From the NCBI GenBank assembly GCA_041577295.1, contig JBFGJG010000050.1:1-30376 (forward strand): a stretch of 30,376 bases of DNA, in the 5' to 3' direction. The notes under the pieces were generated by a model that was not told the DNA's origin, made no database searches, and was given only the letters and a program-made list of their open reading frames with translations. The position numbers and the translations under genes were made by a program. Each line of letters begins with the position of its first letter. Position 1 is the stretch's first letter. The stretch is from Gemmatimonadales bacterium. GTDB taxonomy: Bacteria; Gemmatimonadota; Gemmatimonadetes; Gemmatimonadales; GWC2-71-9. Of the stretch, positions 26,421 to 30,376 are shown one piece after another.

Positions 26421-28073
26421 ATGCGCACACCGACCCGAACGCTCGTTGTGGTGGCCGCGGTGATGTTCGCAGCCACGCAGAACGCGGGAGCACAAGTGAC
26501 GACGGACGTGCCCGGGGTGCGCCCGGCCGCCATCATCGATTTGGCCACGCGGGAGGGCGTGAACCTCGTGCACGGCATGTGGCGGTACCACGACGCCAAG
26601 ATCATCGAAGTCGATCACCGCGCGCCGGGGCCGGACCTCCGGCCATCGGGTGCACCCAACCGTACTTATGATATCACGCCACACGCCGGTGAAGCAGACT
26701 TTGACGACTCAACCTGGGAGGTCATCGAACCCACGACACTCGATGCCCGCCGCGCGAACGGGAAGGTTTCATTCAACTGGTATCGGATCGGGATCACGAT
26801 CCCGGATCGCATCGGGGACTTCGATCCCACAGGGTCGACCGCGGTGTTCGAGGTCGTGGTTGATGACTACGCCGAAATCTGGGTGAACGGAGAATTACCG
26901 CTCGTGCTCGGACAGACGGGTGGATCCGTGGCGAAAGGATTCAATGCACCAAACCGCGTGATCGTAGCGCGGAACGTTCGCCCCGGTGAGCACATCCAGC
27001 TCGCGGTGTTTGGCATCAATGGGCCCATTTCCGTATCGCCCGGCAACTTTATCTGGATCCGGTCCGCCACACTCGATTTCTATGCGGCCGACGAAATCCC
27101 GGCGACCGCGGCGACCAGCGCACAGGTGCTCCGCCAACATTCCAGTCTCGACGCGATCGTGCCCAACGGTGCCACCATCGAGAAACTCGCAAGCGGCTTC
27201 CTGTTCACCGAAGGGCCAGTTTGGGTGCAAGACGGAGGCTACCTCCTGTTCAGCGATCCCAACGCCAACGCGATCTATCGGTGGACGCCCGACGGATCCG
27301 TGTCCGTCTTTCGCACGAAAAGCGGATATTCCGGTTTCGACGTGAGATCCTACGGACAACCCGGATCGAACGGCCTCGCGCTCGATCGCGAGCGCAGACT
27401 CACGATCGCCGAGCACGGGCGACGGCGCATCGTGCGGCTCGAACGCAACGGCGTGATCACCGTGCTCGCCGACCGCTACGAGGGGAAACGGTTGAACAGC
27501 CCGAACGACCTCGTCTACCGGTCAGACGGTACGCTGTACTTCACCGATCCGCCATTCGGGCTTCCCGAGTTCGAGGACGATCCGCGTAAAGAGCTGCCGT
27601 TCAGCGGTGTCTTTATGCTGCGAGACGGGGCACTGCGGCTGCTCACGACCGAGCTAAAGGGCCCGAACGGGCTCGCTTTCTCCCCGGACGAACGGTACCT
27701 GTACGTCGGTAATTGGGACCCGGAACGAAAGATCGTAATGCGTTACGAGGTCACCTCTGATGGAGGTCTCGCTGGCGGTCGCGTGTTCTTCGACATGACC
27801 TCGGCACCGGGCGAGGATGCAATCGACGGTGTGAAAGTCGATACGCAGGGCAACGTGTACGTCTCAGGACCGGGAGGCGTGTGGATTCTTTCCGCGGGAG
27901 GCGACCACCTCGGGACCATCAGCGGGCCGGAACATCCCCACAACATGGCCTGGGGTGACGACGACAACCGTACACTGTATCTCACCGCGCAGACGGGCGT
28001 CTACCGTTTGCGTCTCAAGATTCCTGGCGCCGGAGCGTTCCTGGGACCGCGCACCGCGGGAGCGGGGCAGTAG
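26421..28073 (+). CDS. Secreted SMP-30/gluconolactonase family protein with an extra N-terminal beta-sandwich domain
   Basis: FTEGPVW, GSNGL, LNSPND, YFTDPPFG, PNGLAFSPDE, DGVKVD. The ~200-aa N-terminal domain (VDDYAEIWVNG) resembles galactose-binding-like folds. Confidence 0.92.
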   Translation: MRTPTRTLVVVAAVMFAATQNAGAQVTTDVPGVRPAAIIDLATREGVNLVHGMWRYHDAKIIEVDHRAPGPDLRPSGAPNRTYDITPHAGEADFDDSTWEVIEPTTLDARRANGKVSFNWYRIGITIPDRIGDFDPTGSTAVFEVVVDDYAEIWVNGELPLVLGQTGGSVAKGFNAPNRVIVARNVRPGEHIQLAVFGINGPISVSPGNFIWIRSATLDFYAADEIPATAATSAQVLRQHSSLDAIVPNGATIEKLASGFLFTEGPVWVQDGGYLLFSDPNANAIYRWTPDGSVSVFRTKSGYSGFDVRSYGQPGSNGLALDRERRLTIAEHGRRRIVRLERNGVITVLADRYEGKRLNSPNDLVYRSDGTLYFTDPPFGLPEFEDDPRKELPFSGVFMLRDGALRLLTTELKGPNGLAFSPDERYLYVGNWDPERKIVMRYEVTSDGGLAGGRVFFDMTSAPGEDAIDGVKVDTQGNVYVSGPGGVWILSAGGDHLGTISGPEHPHNMAWGDDDNRTLYLTAQTGVYRLRLKIPGAGAFLGPRTAGAGQ

Positions 28074-28182
28074 TACGGGACGTCGAAGGTGGCGGGGGTG
28101 GTGGCGCCTACGCACCACTCCCACTCCCTACTCCCCGTTCGCCGTATGTCGTACGTTGGAAGCCTCTGATCTGCGAGGCTCC

Positions 28183-28857
28183 GTGCTGCTCTTGATCGTC
28201 GAAGACGACCGCAATCTCCGCGGGTTTCTGAAGAACGCGTTTCGTGAGGAGGGATACGCAGTCGACGACGCCGACACGGGCGACGATGCGCTGGACCGAG
28301 CGCTCGCTCGTGAGTACGACTGCATCGTGCTGGACCTGATGCTCCCGGGACGGGATGGCTTTGCCGTCCTCGAGGAGCTGCGGCGGAGATCGGTCACCAC
28401 GCCGGTGCTGATGCTGACCGCACGCGACGAGCTGCCGGCTCGCGTGCGTGGTCTCGAGACCGGAGCAGACGACTATCTCACAAAACCGTTCGATCTCCCC
28501 GAGTTGATCGCCCGGGTCCACGCGCTGGTCCGGCGTGCGCGGCTGCGCCACGAGGATGCGAAGCTCGAGGTTGGCGACATCGTGCTCGATCCGCTGGCAC
28601 GCGTCGTGACCCGCGGGGACCGAGTCATCGAGCTGAGCCCGCGCGAGTTTACCCTACTCGAGTTTCTCATGCGCAACGCGGGGCGCAGCGTGTCTCGTTC
28701 CCGCATTGCCGAGGCGGTGTGGAACTACAAGTTCGACACGGAAACCAACGTGGTGGATGTCTATATCAACTACTTACGGAAAAAGCTCAGCACCTCCGGT
28801 ACCCCCGCGCCCATTACCACCGTACGAGGTGTCGGATATCGGTTAGAAGACGAGTGA
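28183..28857 (+). CDS. OmpR/PhoB-family response regulator
   Basis: GTG 28183 after GAGG. LIVEDD, LDLMLP, MLTAR, GADDYLTKPF, NVVDVYINYLRKKL, TVRGVGY. Confidence 0.95.
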   Translation: MLLLIVEDDRNLRGFLKNAFREEGYAVDDADTGDDALDRALAREYDCIVLDLMLPGRDGFAVLEELRRRSVTTPVLMLTARDELPARVRGLETGADDYLTKPFDLPELIARVHALVRRARLRHEDAKLEVGDIVLDPLARVVTRGDRVIELSPREFTLLEFLMRNAGRSVSRSRIAEAVWNYKFDTETNVVDVYINYLRKKLSTSGTPAPITTVRGVGYRLEDE

Positions 28858-30251
28858 GACCTGAGCGGCTAGGCGCTGATCTCGTCGAGCGCTTTAGCCG
28901 AATCGCATGGTGGACAGCAGGCGGATACGCGATCCTCGTGGTCGCCGTGTTCGTGCTGTTGAGCGAGCTCGAGATGCGACGGGCGCTCGAACGCTCCGCT
29001 GACGTACTCGAATCGGTCGTCGTGCTGTACGACGACCCCGGCCGGACAACACCCACCGTTGCCCTCGATGCCCTTGCCGAGCGCCTACTAGAAATGGGAC
29101 AGCAGTTCGCGATCACCCGGACCGTAGACACAACCGGTACCTTCTTTCTCTCACCGACTATGCCCGCCGAGCGGCTGGACGCGATGATAGTCGAAGGGGG
29201 CCCTGCCGAAGTACGAGAGGCGGTGTTGGAAGCGATCGCCGAGCGTGCCCGCTGGCGTTACCGCATCGTCCATCGCGCTATGGGCGAGTTCGACATTTAC
29301 GTTGTCGCCAGCCGCGTACCGTTCCTCACCGCGCTTGGTGGGCTCGCCGGTGCAGCGCTCGTAGTCCTTCCCCTCACCTTGTTGGTGGCCCGCCGTCGTG
29401 TCCAACAATCGGTGGAGCAAGCGCTCGCGCCGCTCGAGCGGGTCGCGTCGCAGACCCGATCCATTGGGCCGGATGATCTCGACCGCCGGATCGACGCACC
29501 GGACGGTCCCGTCGAGGTCCGAGAGCTTGGTGAAAGCATCAACCGGATGTTGGATCGCGTCGACCGGGCGAACCGCGCGCTCCGATCGTTCACCGCCGAT
29601 GCGAGTCACGAGCTGCGCACGCCGTTGACGTTAATTCGTGCCCAGGTGCAGTGGGCACAGTCGGCCGGTCGCACCCCAGGGCAGATGCATGACACACTGG
29701 TCTCCGTTGAGCGCGAGCTGGATCGGACGACCAAGATGGTGGAAGATCTCCTTCTCATTGCGCGCGGTGAGAATCGTCAGTTGTTGCTCACACGCCAGAC
29801 ATTCGATCTGGCCGAAGTCGTTCGGGAGGTCCACGAGATTGGCGAAGCGATGGTCCAGTCCAAAGACATCCGGATGCACGCCAAAATATCAGATGCGGTA
29901 CTCGTGCGCGGTGATCCCGACAGAACCCGACACATTCTCCTCAACCTCATCTCCAACGCAGTGCGTTACACGCGAGTAGGTTCGGTGATGTTGCTTGTCG
30001 AGTATCGTGGTGAAATGGGCGTCGTCGATGTGCGGGACACGGGTCCGGGCATCGCTCCTGAGCACCGCGACAAGATCTTCGATCGATTCTACCGTGTCGA
30101 TCCATCCCGCTCTCGCGCACACGGCGGGGCCGGGCTCGGTCTCACCATCGCCCGAGTTCTCAGCGAGCTCCAGGACGGCCGAATTGTGGTCGATACGGAG
30201 GTGCAGCGCGGCAGCACCTTCACTCTCATGCTTCCCCGGGCAGGGAATTAG
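28854..30251 (+). CDS. HAMP-containing sensor histidine kinase
   Basis: GTGA overlap with the regulator stop. Two TM segments, a HAMP domain, ASHELRTP H-box, NLISNA, DTGPGI, GAGLGL. Confidence 0.95.
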   Translation: MRPERLGADLVERFSRIAWWTAGGYAILVVAVFVLLSELEMRRALERSADVLESVVVLYDDPGRTTPTVALDALAERLLEMGQQFAITRTVDTTGTFFLSPTMPAERLDAMIVEGGPAEVREAVLEAIAERARWRYRIVHRAMGEFDIYVVASRVPFLTALGGLAGAALVVLPLTLLVARRRVQQSVEQALAPLERVASQTRSIGPDDLDRRIDAPDGPVEVRELGESINRMLDRVDRANRALRSFTADASHELRTPLTLIRAQVQWAQSAGRTPGQMHDTLVSVERELDRTTKMVEDLLLIARGENRQLLLTRQTFDLAEVVREVHEIGEAMVQSKDIRMHAKISDAVLVRGDPDRTRHILLNLISNAVRYTRVGSVMLLVEYRGEMGVVDVRDTGPGIAPEHRDKIFDRFYRVDPSRSRAHGGAGLGLTIARVLSELQDGRIVVDTEVQRGSTFTLMLPRAGN

Positions 30252-30275
30252 AAGGACATGAGAATCCTCTAAGAA
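30248..30275 (+). promoter_or_regulatory. Three direct repeats TNAGAA at 11-bp period (OmpR-family-like box)
   Basis: TTAGAA at 30248, TGAGAA at 30259, TAAGAA at 30270. Confidence 0.6.
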
Positions 30276-30359
30276 ACCGCACCTCAGAGCGAAAACCCGG
30301 AACCAGCAACCGTGCATACTGCTTCTCCGCATGGGAATTCACGCGGAGGCATAGGTGTC

Positions 30360-30376
30360 ATGCGCACGGTGGAAGA
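30360..30376 (+). CDS. Probable start of a downstream gene (MRTVE..., truncated by the window)
   Basis: GGAGG and AGGT elements upstream of ATG 30360. Only five full codons are visible. Confidence 0.35.

Noticed and set aside
1..30376. CRISPR array, tRNA/rRNA, IS, integrase or prophage
   Set aside because: I saw no regularly spaced repeats, cloverleaf motifs, transposase, integrase or phage genes by eye.

Overview
GC-rich bacterial chromosomal window. The gene content is compatible with Gemmatimonadota or a similar soil or sediment lineage, but that is inference. It holds about 26 CDSs and no rRNA, tRNA, CRISPR array or transposase that I can recognise. Left end (minus strand): a four-gene biosynthetic cassette of fatty acyl-AMP ligase, acyl carrier protein, GNAT acyltransferase and HemN-like radical SAM enzyme, followed by the 5' part of proC. 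This is the best candidate for an undescribed system, a stand-alone pathway to a radical-SAM-modified acyl amide or lipid. Next (plus strand): a lipoprotein with a secreted alpha/beta hydrolase, and an uncharacterised polytopic membrane protein with a VWA lipoprotein behind a CRP-like box. Middle: a minus-strand run (UPF0182, TPR lipoprotein, cls, glsA, dienelactone hydrolase) divergent from a plus-strand run (TreT-like GT4, SDR, NTF2-like lipoprotein, CPBP protease, bactofilin, Cbp1-like coiled-coil lipoprotein). Right end: an apparently leaderless, autoregulated ArsR-like/SRPBCC pair; a secreted GlcG/HbpS, cupin and SMP-30 trio; and an OmpR-type two-component system followed by an 11-bp-period direct-repeat box. 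All family calls come from motifs read by eye; no database search was run.
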